Assembly: GCA_963718235.1 (NCBI GenBank)
Contig: CAVQYR010000001.1
Coordinates: 800,001-864,000 of the forward strand
DNA: 64,000 bases
Origin: an uncultured Actinomycetota bacterium
Lineage (GTDB): Bacteria; Actinomycetota; Actinomycetes; JAHEKZ01
Reading direction: 5' to 3'
Shown: positions 1 to 9,715 of the stretch, piece by piece
Numbering within the stretch: the first letter of the stretch is position 1
Layout of the letters: the number at the start of each line of letters is the position of its first letter
Notes under the pieces: generated by a model
What the model was told of the DNA's origin: nothing
Databases searched by the model: none
Seen by the model: only the letters and a program-made list of their open reading frames with translations
Made by a program: the position numbers and the translations under genes

Positions 1-171
1 CGAGACGAGCACACGAGGTTCTTCCGCAAGGAGTGCGTCGGCTGCGGCAGCAACTACGCGTTGAACTTGGCGTGGCGACCCGGCACATATGTCGAGGACG
101 CCCTGTGGCGGATGCATCGACGGACCCTCGAGCGCTCGGAGACCGCCAGCGAAGAACGCGCGGTCGCCTGA
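1..171 (+). CDS. 3' end of an upstream CDS (partial); Cys motif suggests a possible radical SAM/SPASM C-terminus
   Basis: Frame 1 is open from base 1: RDEHTRFFRKECVGCGSNYALNLAWRPGTYVEDALWRMHRRTLERSETASEERAVA*. TGA at 169-171 overlaps the next ATG (TGATG). The product guess rests only on the CxxC and is weak. Confidence 0.5.
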   Translation, partial: RDEHTRFFRKECVGCGSNYALNLAWRPGTYVEDALWRMHRRTLERSETASEERAVA

Positions 172-958
172 TGCGGGGCAGCGAGGCCTTGTACGACTCC
201 CTCGCATCGACTTACGACGACCACTTCACCGTTCCTCATCGACGGCGCGTACGACGATCTGGCGTGGGAGATGTGCAGCTCGGCTCTCCCCTCCCCGCCT
301 GCAACGGTCGTCGACGTGGGGTGCGGTGTAGGTCGCTGGGCGCAACGCCTGCTGGCGGGCGGCTACCAGGTGGTCGGCATCGAACCGGCACCGAAGATGG
401 CCGCGCAGGCGCAGGCCCGGTTGACGCAGCGATATCACTCGGAGTTCACCTTGATTAGGGGGCGAGTGGAAGACGTGGTCATCCCCCCTGCGTCGGTCGA
501 CGCGATCCTGGCGATGGGGTCGTTGCAGTACGCCGAGGATCCTGCGGGCGCCATCCGGCGGGCTGCCGGATGGCTGTGTCCTGGGGGCGTGATGTGCGTC
601 CTCGTCGACTCGATGCAGGCCCTCGTCGTGGAGCTGCTCGCCGCGGGGCAGACGGACGAGGCGTTCGAGCGGATGCGTACGAGACGCGGTGTGTGGCGCG
701 TTCAGGGCCTGGAGGCCGACCTTCATCTGCTGGACGCAGCGGCGCTAGACTTCCGCGGTCGAGGCGTCAGACATGAACGTCGTTCGGATCGCTGGGCTGC
801 TCGTCGGCGCCAGTGTGTACGGGCGAGAGGGGCTCAACGGTCGGTTGACCTCCGACTACGACACGGCGCTGGCCCAGGAGCGCGCGCTCGCACTCCAGCC
901 GGAGCTGGCCGACCTGGGAAAGCAGCTGCTCGTCATCGGACGGTCTCCATCGCCGTGA
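171..958 (+). CDS. class I SAM-dependent methyltransferase (two apparent frameshifts, ~247 and ~752)
   Basis: MRGSEALYDSLASTYDDHF (ORF 33..458 frame) continues in ORF 271..1113 with VVDVGCGVGRW and the LCPGG motif. The C-terminus is in ORF 773..958 (...LGKQLLVIGRSPSP). Confidence 0.8.
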
Positions 959-3009
959 CAACGCGCCAGAACACGTTCTCGGCATCGCTGGCGCTCAGCT
1001 CTGAGGACATCGGCAGGGCCAGGGTCTCGCGGGCCAGCTGGTCGGTGACGGGCAGCGATGAGGCAGCTTCGGCCACCCCCTGCCAGGGATGCAGGTGGAG
1101 TGCCGGGCTGTAGTAGGGCTTGGTGAGCACCCCGAGGCCCTCGAGCTCCTTGACGAACAGGTCTCGGTCGACGTCGGCGAAGCGAGCCACCCAGTGCACC
1201 CAGCTGTGCCCGTCGCCGGGTGCCACGCGCTGCGGGACCACGCTGGGTGTCAGAGCCTCAAGCTCGTTGTACGCGCGGGCCACCTTCTCCCGGTCGTGCA
1301 CCAGCTGGGGCAGTCGCAGGACGAGCTCGAGTGCAGTGGCGGCATGGACCTCGCCCATCATGGCTGAGCGTGTCCAGTCGATCGGCTCCCGCAGCCGATC
1401 GACCGCGCTGAGGGGGACGACGGCAACGCCGCCGCCCCCGGCTGCCGACACGGTCTTGGCGAAGCTCATCGAGAAGGCGTGGGCGTCGGCCTGAGTCCCT
1501 ACCGGAGCTCCTTGGGTGGTGCTCCCGAGGGACGGGGCGGAGTCGCCCACGAGTGGCACTCCGAAGCGACGACAGACGGTGTTGAGCGCCTGGTAGTCCG
1601 CGGGTGCACCGAGGGCGTCAACCGCGACGGCCACGCGCACGTCGCCTGGCTCGAGGGCTCTCTCGAGCTGCTCCGGGTCGAGGGTCCAGGTGCCGGGGTC
1701 GACGTCGCAGAAGCGCAGGCGGTACCCCAGCTGGGCCAGCGCCTCGCCGGTGGCGATGAAAGTGAAGGACGGAAGCACCGCAACGTCGCCCGGCCTGGCG
1801 AGTCCGGCGATCGCGAGAACAGCCAGGCGCAGTGCCGCTGACCCAGAAGACGTCAGAAGCACCGAATGGCCGTCCCCGACCGCCAGCGCCCGTCGCAGGG
1901 CTCTCCTCCAGCTCGGTCGTACGTGGGCCGCCGTTCTTGAGCTCCCCGGCCCAGAGCGCGGCCTGGATGTGCTCTCCGACGACGTCCGGGCGGTGGGGCC
2001 GAGGCGGGATCACGACAGGAACGCTGGGCTGCAGCTGCAGCAGTGGCTCGTCCCTGATCCGGCGGACGAACGACCGCAGGCTCTCCTCGCAGCCGTCACC
2101 ACCGACCGCCTCCAGACGACACTGGAAGGCCGTCGTGTCGACCACTCCGGTGCTGTCCAGTGCCGGAGCCGGGCGCACGGCCACGGCTCGGTCGATCCCG
2201 AGCTCGTCCAGGATCAGAGTGGCGAGCTCGCGAAGCCCCAGGAACCCGCTGCCGGCATTGACCACACCAGGTGCTCCGCCGCGGGCGATGGCATCGGCGA
2301 GGTCCTCCACGGCCAGGAAGGTGCGGGGGTTGTCGGTGACGGTGAGCGGGAGACCCGCGATCGCCCGCCTGACGAGCCGCGCGACGACCCGGTCCTGACC
2401 GACACCGAAGAGATTGGCGACGCGGTAGATCGTGAGCCGCTCGGCGGGCACCACCGATGCGATCATCAGCTCCTGGGCCCGCTTCGACAGGGCGTACACC
2501 CATCTCCCCGTGGAATCGGCCTCGGAGAGCTCCCGGCACAGTGCCGCAGCGCGCCATGGCGTGGTAGGGGTGTTCGCGACGGCAATCGCTCGACGGCACC
2601 AGTGCCAGATGGCCTCGTCGTCCAGGGGAAGGATCGGCCGGCTCGCCTCGTCGATGGGGGCGGCAGCCGTGCCGTAGATCTCGATGGAGGACGTCACCGT
2701 CACGTCTCGCCCCTCGAGCTCGGGCAGGAGGCGGGCGGTGGCGAAGGCGTTGTCGAGAACGAGCTCCCAGGGACGGATGGCACGCGGGTTGCTGTTGCCC
2801 GCCAACAGAGCGATCTCCCCAGACGGCAGCGAGATCTCGTCGGTGAGCAGATCGAGGCGCAGCGGTGTCACTCCCGGACGTGGCATGGACACGTCGATCC
2901 TTCGATCGACCGCAATGACCGGTCGGTCCAGCGCCAGGCATCGATCGACGACCGCAGACCCGAGGAACCCCGATGATCCGACGACCAGCAACGCGGATGG
3001 ATCGACCAC
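933..3009 (-). CDS. fused NAD-dependent epimerase/dehydratase + DegT/DnrJ/EryC1/StrS PLP sugar aminotransferase (apparent frameshift ~1899)
   Basis: The N-terminal part has VVGSSGFLG and YALSK (extended SDR). The DegT N-terminus (ELKNGGPRTTELEE) is in the same frame and continues after a one-base shift into TSSGSAAL, PSFTFIAT, DSAPSLG, SMSFAKTVSAAGGGG (catalytic Lys) and LALPM. Confidence 0.8.
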
Positions 3010-3164
3010 TCTTGCCCCCCAGCTGTGCGATTCCCCTCTCTCTTAGCACCTCGTGACGTCCGATACGCCGCGAACGACGATTGAGCCGCCGAACGGCTGC
3101 CGGTTCGGTGTCGGGGTGCCGGTTTCCTCGTCGTCACCGCAGTGTCCGCTGTTAGCCTGCGGCC

Positions 3165-3629
3165 GTGCCGGCTGTGACGCGAAGGCTCCTCTTGGTCTCG
3201 AGCAGTGGCGGGGTGCTGCTCGACCTCCTGGCCCTGCGCCCCTGGTGGGAGCAGCACGAGGTCCGGTGGGTCTGTGTGCCTGCACCGGACACCCTCGAGG
3301 TGCTCAGCGACGCGCAGGTCGCGTGGGTCGACGAGCTGTTCCCCAGTCGGCCCCTCGAGGTGCTGCGGGGCGTGCGTCGAGCTCGAGATGAGCTCCGACG
3401 CTGGGACATCGACCTCGTGGTCTCCGCCGGAAGCGGCGTCGCCGTCCCTTACTTCCTCGCGGCTCGCCTTGGCCGGGTCCCGGCCTGGTGGCTGGAGACG
3501 CTGAACATCACCGGCCGGCCCGGGCTCGCTGCTCGACTGTGCGCCAGGCTGGCGCAACGCGTCCTGGTGCAGCGCAGCGAGCTGCTCGCCGACCACAGAC
3601 GGGCTGTCAACGTCGGTGAGCTGTATTGA
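3165..3629 (+). CDS. Alg14/PssD/Cps14F-like glycosyltransferase acceptor-binding subunit
   Basis: LLVSSSGG, DLVVSAGSGVAVPYF, WLET and VLVQ motifs are typical of Alg14-like proteins. It is coupled to a downstream Alg13-like gene. TAGCCT lies 6 nt before the GTG. Confidence 0.8.
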   Translation: MPAVTRRLLLVSSSGGVLLDLLALRPWWEQHEVRWVCVPAPDTLEVLSDAQVAWVDELFPSRPLEVLRGVRRARDELRRWDIDLVVSAGSGVAVPYFLAARLGRVPAWWLETLNITGRPGLAARLCARLAQRVLVQRSELLADHRRAVNVGELY

Positions 3630-4891
3630 GCGGGGTGACCCAGCGGCTGACCGTCTTCGTCACTGTGGGGATGGGGCCCTGGCCGTTCGACCGGCTGGTT
3701 GCGGCTCTCGCGCCGCTGTGCAGGAGGCACGACGTCTTCGCGCAGACCGGCACCTCCGCTGTCACGCCGCCGTGCCCGCATCAGGCGTTCATCGGGTTCG
3801 ACGAGTGCCAGCGCCGGATCGCCGAGGCGGACGTGATCATCACGCACGGGGGGAACACGGTCCGGCTCGTCCAGCGGGTCGGGAAGATCCCGATCGCCGT
3901 CGCGCGCGAGGCAGCCCGGGGCGAGATGCGCAACGACCATCAGGTCGACTACCTGCGAGCAGAGTCGGCCGACGGGCGCGCGGTGGTACTGAGCGGTGAC
4001 CTTTCCGACCTCGTTGCTGCAGTCGACCGTCACGTCGCTGCCGAGGAGCAGCTGGTGGCGGTCACGGAGCCCTTGCGGCCCGTGGACACCCACCTCGTGC
4101 GGCAGATCTTGGATCAGGTCGCGGACCGGGAGGACGCTCCGCCGCACCCTCTGACGACACATCCCACCCGTCGATACGGCTGGGCGTTCGACCAGCTTCG
4201 GCAGCGCGAAGGGCGCCACCTCGACCTGGGTGTCGGAGACGCCACGTTCCTTCGTGCGCTGCACGGACGGACGTCGCTGCAGGTCGTCGGAGCCGACCCG
4301 CACGCGGGCTACCTTCGAGACGCTCTGGGGCAGGCTGCCGACCTGTCCCTGGTGCAGGTCAGCAACCGACTGCCGTTCGGATCGGGCAGCTTCGACTCAC
4401 TGACGATGCTGGATGTCCTGGAGCACACCGAGGACGAGGACGTGACCCTCGCGGAGGTGCACCGAGTGCTGCGCCCGGGGGGCCTGCTCGTCCTCACGGT
4501 GCCGGCCCGCCACATCTTCTCCTTCCTGGACCCCGACAACGCCAAGTTCCGGTTCCCCACGCTGCACCGGCTCGTCTACACGTCTCGGTTCGGGTCGTCG
4601 CGGTACGCGGAGCGGTTCGCCGACGGATCGGACGGACTGCGTGGCGACATGGCGTGGAGCCGCCGGGAGCACACGAACTACGCGACCGCGGCACTCCTGG
4701 AGAGACTGCAGCGTCACGGCTTCGTCCCGAGGGAGCGTGACGGCGCCAACCTGTTCTGGCGTTTCCTGCAGGTGCCGGCGCTGCTCGCCCCCGACCGGCT
4801 ACGGCACGCGCTCGACGTGCCGCTGCGTGCCGACGGCACGGCGTTTCACAGCGCCAACCTGTTCGTGACCGCCGTCCGTGACACCTCCTGA
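3626..4891 (+). CDS. Alg13/PssE-like (GT28 C-terminal) glycosyltransferase subunit fused to a class I SAM methyltransferase
   Basis: N-terminal VFVTVG-PFDRL, QTG, ADVIITHGG and NDHQ motifs. C-terminal HLDLGVGD, LPFGSGSFD, DVLEH and RVLRPGG motifs. Confidence 0.85.
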   Translation: MSGVTQRLTVFVTVGMGPWPFDRLVAALAPLCRRHDVFAQTGTSAVTPPCPHQAFIGFDECQRRIAEADVIITHGGNTVRLVQRVGKIPIAVAREAARGEMRNDHQVDYLRAESADGRAVVLSGDLSDLVAAVDRHVAAEEQLVAVTEPLRPVDTHLVRQILDQVADREDAPPHPLTTHPTRRYGWAFDQLRQREGRHLDLGVGDATFLRALHGRTSLQVVGADPHAGYLRDALGQAADLSLVQVSNRLPFGSGSFDSLTMLDVLEHTEDEDVTLAEVHRVLRPGGLLVLTVPARHIFSFLDPDNAKFRFPTLHRLVYTSRFGSSRYAERFADGSDGLRGDMAWSRREHTNYATAALLERLQRHGFVPRERDGANLFWRFLQVPALLAPDRLRHALDVPLRADGTAFHSANLFVTAVRDTS

Positions 4892-4941
4892 GGACCAACC
4901 GACGGACCCCATCACCGCCAGCGAAGGTCGGCGTCGCGAGA

Positions 4942-6993
4942 CTATCGGCGGATGACGGCATCCAGGGCCGTGGCCGTGTCGCTCGTCACCACCACGGGGT
5001 TGAGCTCGACCAGCGACAGGTCCTCTGCCAGCAGGATCTCGCCCACGCGGCTCGCCAGCGCGGCCGCCGCGTCCAGGGCCACGGAAGCGCTGCCCCGTCC
5101 CCCGGTCAGCAGCGCGGCACCCTTGAGCGACAGCAGGGCGGCGCGCACCCGCGCCGGGTCGGCGGGCAGCGGGACGACGGCTGCGTCCTGCATCACCTCG
5201 GTCCAGATCCCGCCGAGGGCGACGACGAGGGTGGGCACGACCCCGTCTCGTCGCGCCGCGACGAGCAGCTCGACACCCGGCGACGACATCTGCTCCACCA
5301 GCAGCGCCGCATCGGGCACGAGAGACAGCATGCGCTCGGCCTGGCGGCGCACCTCGTCGGGGGACTCCAGGCCCAGCGCGAGCCCCCCGATGTCGCTCTT
5401 GTGCTGGACGTCGGGATGGCTGAGCTTGGCGACCACGGTCGTTCCTGGGGCGGCGACCAGCCGCTCGGCGATCGCCACGGCCTCGTCCGGTGTGTGGGCC
5501 ACCGCCCCCTCCGGGACCGCCACGCCGTGCCGGGCGAGCAGCTCCTTGCCCGCATGCTCCGACAGCCAGGGGCCGGGTTCTCGACGTGGTCCGGTGGCCG
5601 CCGAGATCGTGCGGAGCCGGCGGGGGTCCCCGGGGGCGCGGTTGGCGGCGGCCAGAGCAGCCAGGGCGGACGGCAGCCCGAGGAGGGGGAGCACGCCCGA
5701 GCCGTCGAGGTCCTCGGCGACCGCCTCGGGCATGAGCTCGGGGAGTCCGGACGCCACTGCGACCGGGACGTCCTGGGCGGCGCCCCGTGCGGCGCCGTCC
5801 CGGGTCTCCTTCCACTCCCGCTCCGCCTCGGCGGGCAGGTCGGGCGGGGTGTCCTGCACGTACAGCAGCTGCGCGACGTCGGGGTCGTCGGTCATCGCCT
5901 GGGCCACCGCGGCCAAGGCGTCGGGGTCGGCCCACAGCGCGTTGGTGTGGTCGAGCGGGTTCGTCACCACGACGCCGTCCGGGAGCAGCCGCTGCAGCCG
6001 ACCCACGGTGGTGGGGGAGAGCTCTGCGAGGCGGACCCCGAGCCGGTCCGCCTCGTCGGCCACGATGACGCTGTCCCCACCCGAGCACGTCATGACGGCG
6101 AGCCCCCCAGGGCGAGACGTCCTGGGCAGGGCCAGGGCCTTGGCCGTTTCGAGCAGCAGGTGCGGGTCGTCGACCACGACGCCACCGGCCTCCTCGACCA
6201 GCGCGGCGAACACCGAGTGGTCGCCGGCGACCGCACCGGTGTGGGCGCCACCGGCCGCCGCCCCGGCCGAGCTGCGACCGGCCTTCAGGACGGCCACCCG
6301 GATGCCTTGGTCGCAACAGGAGGCGAGGGCCTCGGCGAGGACCCGGCCGTCGCCATCGTCCTCGAGGTACAGGGCGACACTGCGCACGCCCTCGAGCCGG
6401 GGCAGTGCCAGCAGGACGTCGGCCGCCGAGACCACGGCCTGGTTGCCGACGGACACGACCGTGTGCCAACGCAGACCTCGCCGCGACGCAAGGGCCGAGA
6501 CCCCGAGGTTGCCGCTCTGGCTGACCAGCGCGACACCACCGGGGCGGCCCACGGAGACCGTGTCGCCCCACAGCGGCGCTCGGTTCGCCACCGACACCAA
6601 CCCGTTCGCGTTGGGCCCGATCACCGGCAGGTCGTGCTGATGGGCTGCGTCGACGAGGGCCTGCTGCCGGTCGTGACGGCCGGTCTCGGCGAACTCCGCG
6701 GCGTAGACGACCGCGCCACCACAGCCGAGGGCGCCGACCTGGTCGAGCACCTGCGGCACGGTGTCCGCGGGGGTGGCCACGACGACGGCGTCGACCGGGC
6801 CGCCCGCGTCGGCGAGCGAGGCCACGCACGGGATCCCGAACACGGAGTCCCTGGTCGGGTTGACCGCGACCAGGCGGCCGTTGAAGCCGGCATCGATCAG
6901 GTTGCGCACCGTGGTGGCGCCGTAGGAGCCGGGTCGCTCGGTTGCACCGACGACGGCGACCGAGCGCGGCGCGAGCAGGCGGGAGAGGTCCAT
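4942..6993 (-). CDS. acetate--CoA ligase family (ADP-forming acyl-CoA synthetase; CoA-binding + ATP-grasp)
   Basis: PRSVAVVGA, IGPN, SQSG, AHTG (phospho-His), NPLD, HKSDIGG and ELNP motifs. Confidence 0.92.
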   Translation of the reverse strand: MDLSRLLAPRSVAVVGATERPGSYGATTVRNLIDAGFNGRLVAVNPTRDSVFGIPCVASLADAGGPVDAVVVATPADTVPQVLDQVGALGCGGAVVYAAEFAETGRHDRQQALVDAAHQHDLPVIGPNANGLVSVANRAPLWGDTVSVGRPGGVALVSQSGNLGVSALASRRGLRWHTVVSVGNQAVVSAADVLLALPRLEGVRSVALYLEDDGDGRVLAEALASCCDQGIRVAVLKAGRSSAGAAAGGAHTGAVAGDHSVFAALVEEAGGVVVDDPHLLLETAKALALPRTSRPGGLAVMTCSGGDSVIVADEADRLGVRLAELSPTTVGRLQRLLPDGVVVTNPLDHTNALWADPDALAAVAQAMTDDPDVAQLLYVQDTPPDLPAEAEREWKETRDGAARGAAQDVPVAVASGLPELMPEAVAEDLDGSGVLPLLGLPSALAALAAANRAPGDPRRLRTISAATGPRREPGPWLSEHAGKELLARHGVAVPEGAVAHTPDEAVAIAERLVAAPGTTVVAKLSHPDVQHKSDIGGLALGLESPDEVRRQAERMLSLVPDAALLVEQMSSPGVELLVAARRDGVVPTLVVALGGIWTEVMQDAAVVPLPADPARVRAALLSLKGAALLTGGRGSASVALDAAAALASRVGEILLAEDLSLVELNPVVVTSDTATALDAVIRR

Positions 6994-7008
6994 GGGCTGA
7001 CGGTCAGG

Positions 7009-8187
7009 TCACAGCAGCATCGCGTCGACGCCGCGGCGCTCGAGGCTGCGGGCCACGATCAGCCGCTGGATCTCGCTGGTGCCCTCCCAGATCCGGTCGA
7101 CCCGTAGCTCACGCCAGAACCGCTCCGCGGCGTTGGTGCGCAGGTAGCCCCGGCCGCCGAAGACCTGGACGGCCCGGTCGGCACAGCGGTTGGCCGCCTC
7201 CGAGCAGAAGAGCTTGGCCATCGAGGCACGACCGTGCACGAGCTTGGGGTCGGCTCCCGCGTCCTTCATCGCCGCGACGTCGAGGGCCAGCAGCCGACCC
7301 GCCGCCGCGTCGGCTGCGGAGTCGGCGAGCGGGAACGACACGCCTTGGTGGTCGATCAGCCGGGAGCCACCCTGCTCGCGGTGCACCGCCCAGTCGACGG
7401 ACTCCTCGAGGAGCCGGTGCATGGCGCCGATGCAGCGGGCCGCGATACCGAGCCTCTCCTCGGTGAACCAGATGCGCTGCAGGTCGTCACCCTGGCCGAC
7501 CTCGCCGATGACGTCGTCGGCAGAGACCACGACGTCGGTGAACAGCATCGTCGGGTGCCCGTGCGGGTAGTGGTGGGTGAACGGCGGGTCGTCGACGATG
7601 CTGATGCCCTCGGAGTCGGCCGGGACGGCGAACAAGGTGGGCCGCCGCTCCTCGCCCTCGACGACGTAGGCCATGACGATGAGCACCGCTGCGACCGAGC
7701 CGTACGTCACGAACCACTTCTCGCCGTTGATCACGTAGTGGCCGTCGGCACGGCGCACCGCAGTCGTCCGCATCGCTGACGGGTCGGAGCCGGCATCGGC
7801 CTCCGTGACGGCGTAGGCGTCGTGCAGCTCGCCGCGCAGCGCGGGGCGCAGCCACCGGTCCTGCAGGGCAGGAGAAGCCACCTTCCACACGTTGTAGGCG
7901 GTGGGCATGTACCAGCTGACGCCGTTGGTCGAGCGCCCGAACTGCTCCTCGGCCAGGTACCACTCCGACGTGGTCCAGCCCTGGCCCCCGAACTCCGGGT
8001 CGTACATGCCGCCGGCGACCCCGAGCTCGAGCGACCTCGCCCGGATGTGAGCGACGTCGTCGTCGGGCAGCGGGCCTCCGGCCAGCTCGGCCTTCACCTC
8101 CAGCGGGATCAGCACCTCGTCGACGAACTGCCGCACGCGGGCCTGGACGTCGGCCTCGGCGGGGGTCAGGCTGCGGTCGAGTGTCAT
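7009..8187 (-). CDS. acyl-CoA dehydrogenase
   Basis: AVTEADAGSD, INGEKWFVT, ASMAKLF, QVFGGRGY and RIWEGTSEIQR motifs. Confidence 0.95.
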   Translation of the reverse strand: MTLDRSLTPAEADVQARVRQFVDEVLIPLEVKAELAGGPLPDDDVAHIRARSLELGVAGGMYDPEFGGQGWTTSEWYLAEEQFGRSTNGVSWYMPTAYNVWKVASPALQDRWLRPALRGELHDAYAVTEADAGSDPSAMRTTAVRRADGHYVINGEKWFVTYGSVAAVLIVMAYVVEGEERRPTLFAVPADSEGISIVDDPPFTHHYPHGHPTMLFTDVVVSADDVIGEVGQGDDLQRIWFTEERLGIAARCIGAMHRLLEESVDWAVHREQGGSRLIDHQGVSFPLADSAADAAAGRLLALDVAAMKDAGADPKLVHGRASMAKLFCSEAANRCADRAVQVFGGRGYLRTNAAERFWRELRVDRIWEGTSEIQRLIVARSLERRGVDAMLL

Positions 8188-8215
8188 GGCTTCCCTCCTC
8201 GGGGGGCAGGGCGTA

Positions 8216-8235
8216 TCCTGACCGACGGTTCAGGA
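8216..8235. promoter_or_regulatory. imperfect palindrome (candidate operator) between divergent acyl-CoA dehydrogenase and aminotransferase
   Basis: TCCTGA-CCGACGGT-TCAGGA, overlapping a TATCCT -10-like hexamer at 8214-8219. Confidence 0.35.
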
Positions 8236-8275
8236 CCGGGTCAACCGCGGCCCCGTCGACTGCGAAAGGACCACC

Positions 8276-9694
8276 ATGTCCGCCACGACGTCCTCGACGC
8301 CGGACCCGCACCGCCTCCAGCAGCAGGTGCGTGACCACCTGATGCTCAACTTCACCGACATGAACGTCTACAGGGACGCCGAGATCCCGATCTTCGTCCG
8401 TGGTGAGGGCTGCGAGGTCATCGACAGCTACGGCAAGCGCTACATCGACGGGCTGTCCGGCCTGTACTGCAGCAACCTCGGCCACAGCTACGGGGCCGAG
8501 ATCGGCGAGGCGGCCAAGCAGCAGATGACCGAGCTGGGTTTCACGCCCACCTGGTACGTCGCGCACCCCAAGGCGGCGGAGTTCGCCGAGCGGATCGCCG
8601 AGCACGCACCGGCGGGCATGAACCGGGTGTTCTTCACGACAGGCGGCGGCGAGGGCAACGAGGCGATCTGGAAGTTCGCGCGTCAGTGGCACGAGGCGAA
8701 CGGTCAGCCGCAGCGACGCAAGGCGATCGCGCGCAACCTCTCCTACCACGGCACCAGCCTCGGCGCGTTGTCGTTCACCGGCCTGCCCTACGCCAAGGAC
8801 CCGTTCCTGCCGATGGCGATCCCGGTTTCCCACGTCAGCGCGACCAACCCGTACCGCCACCCCGCAGCACCGGACGGCCCCGAGGCGTTCACCGCGAGCC
8901 TGTTGGCCGAGGTCGAGCAGGCGGTCCAGGACGCCGGACCCGACGAGGTGGCGCTGTTCATCGCCGAGCCGGTGCAGAACTCCGGCGGCTGCTTCGTGCC
9001 ACCGCCGGGCTACTGGCAGGGACTGCGCGAGATCTGCGACCGGCACGGCATCCTGCTCGTGGCCGACGAGGTCATCACCGGCTTCGGGCGGGTCGGCGAC
9101 TGGTTCGCCAGCAACCGCCTGGGCATCGAGCCCGACCTGATCACCTTTGCCAAGGGCGCCACCTCCGCGCTGACCCCGCTGGGTGGTGTCGTGATCAGTG
9201 ACAAGGTGGCCGAGCCATTCGTGACCGGTGAGGCCGTGTACACCCACGGCCTGACCTTCAGCGGACACCCGGTGTCCTCGGCGGTCGGACTGGCGGTGCT
9301 CGACATCTACGAGCGTGACCAGGTGTTCGAGAACGTGCGGTCCAACGAGCCGATGATCGACCGCAAGCTCAACGAGCTTCGCCGGATCCCCCTGGTCGGC
9401 GACGTCCGCGGCATGGGCCACTTCTGGGCCCTGGAGCTGGTCAAGGACCGCGACACCAAGGAGACCTTCTCCGGCGACGAGGCCGACTGGCTGCTGCGTC
9501 AGGTGCTGTCGGAGAAGATGTTCGAGGCCGGGCTGCTGTGCCGCCTGGACGACCGCGGTGACCCGGTGGTCCAGCTGTCACCGCCGCTGGTCGCCGACGA
9601 GGCCGTCATAGACCGGATCGTCGGCATCGTCGGCGACGTCCTGGAGGACGCGCAGACGGTCATCGACCGAGGGATCCACGCGGCGGCCAGCTAG
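8276..9694 (+). CDS. class III PLP aminotransferase (omega-amino acid/polyamine transaminase-like)
   Basis: YIDGLSGL, SYHG, EPVQNSGG, DEVITGFGR, PDLITFAKG and TFSGHP motifs. AAAGGA RBS. Confidence 0.93.
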   Translation: MSATTSSTPDPHRLQQQVRDHLMLNFTDMNVYRDAEIPIFVRGEGCEVIDSYGKRYIDGLSGLYCSNLGHSYGAEIGEAAKQQMTELGFTPTWYVAHPKAAEFAERIAEHAPAGMNRVFFTTGGGEGNEAIWKFARQWHEANGQPQRRKAIARNLSYHGTSLGALSFTGLPYAKDPFLPMAIPVSHVSATNPYRHPAAPDGPEAFTASLLAEVEQAVQDAGPDEVALFIAEPVQNSGGCFVPPPGYWQGLREICDRHGILLVADEVITGFGRVGDWFASNRLGIEPDLITFAKGATSALTPLGGVVISDKVAEPFVTGEAVYTHGLTFSGHPVSSAVGLAVLDIYERDQVFENVRSNEPMIDRKLNELRRIPLVGDVRGMGHFWALELVKDRDTKETFSGDEADWLLRQVLSEKMFEAGLLCRLDDRGDPVVQLSPPLVADEAVIDRIVGIVGDVLEDAQTVIDRGIHAAAS

Positions 9695-9715
9695 CGTCGT
9701 TCGTACGGCGAGCCG

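Noticed and set aside
8241-8268. TCAA-N16-TGCGAAAG before the aminotransferase as another sigma-28 promoter
   Set aside because: The -10 match is poor and overlaps the RBS, so it is not counted.
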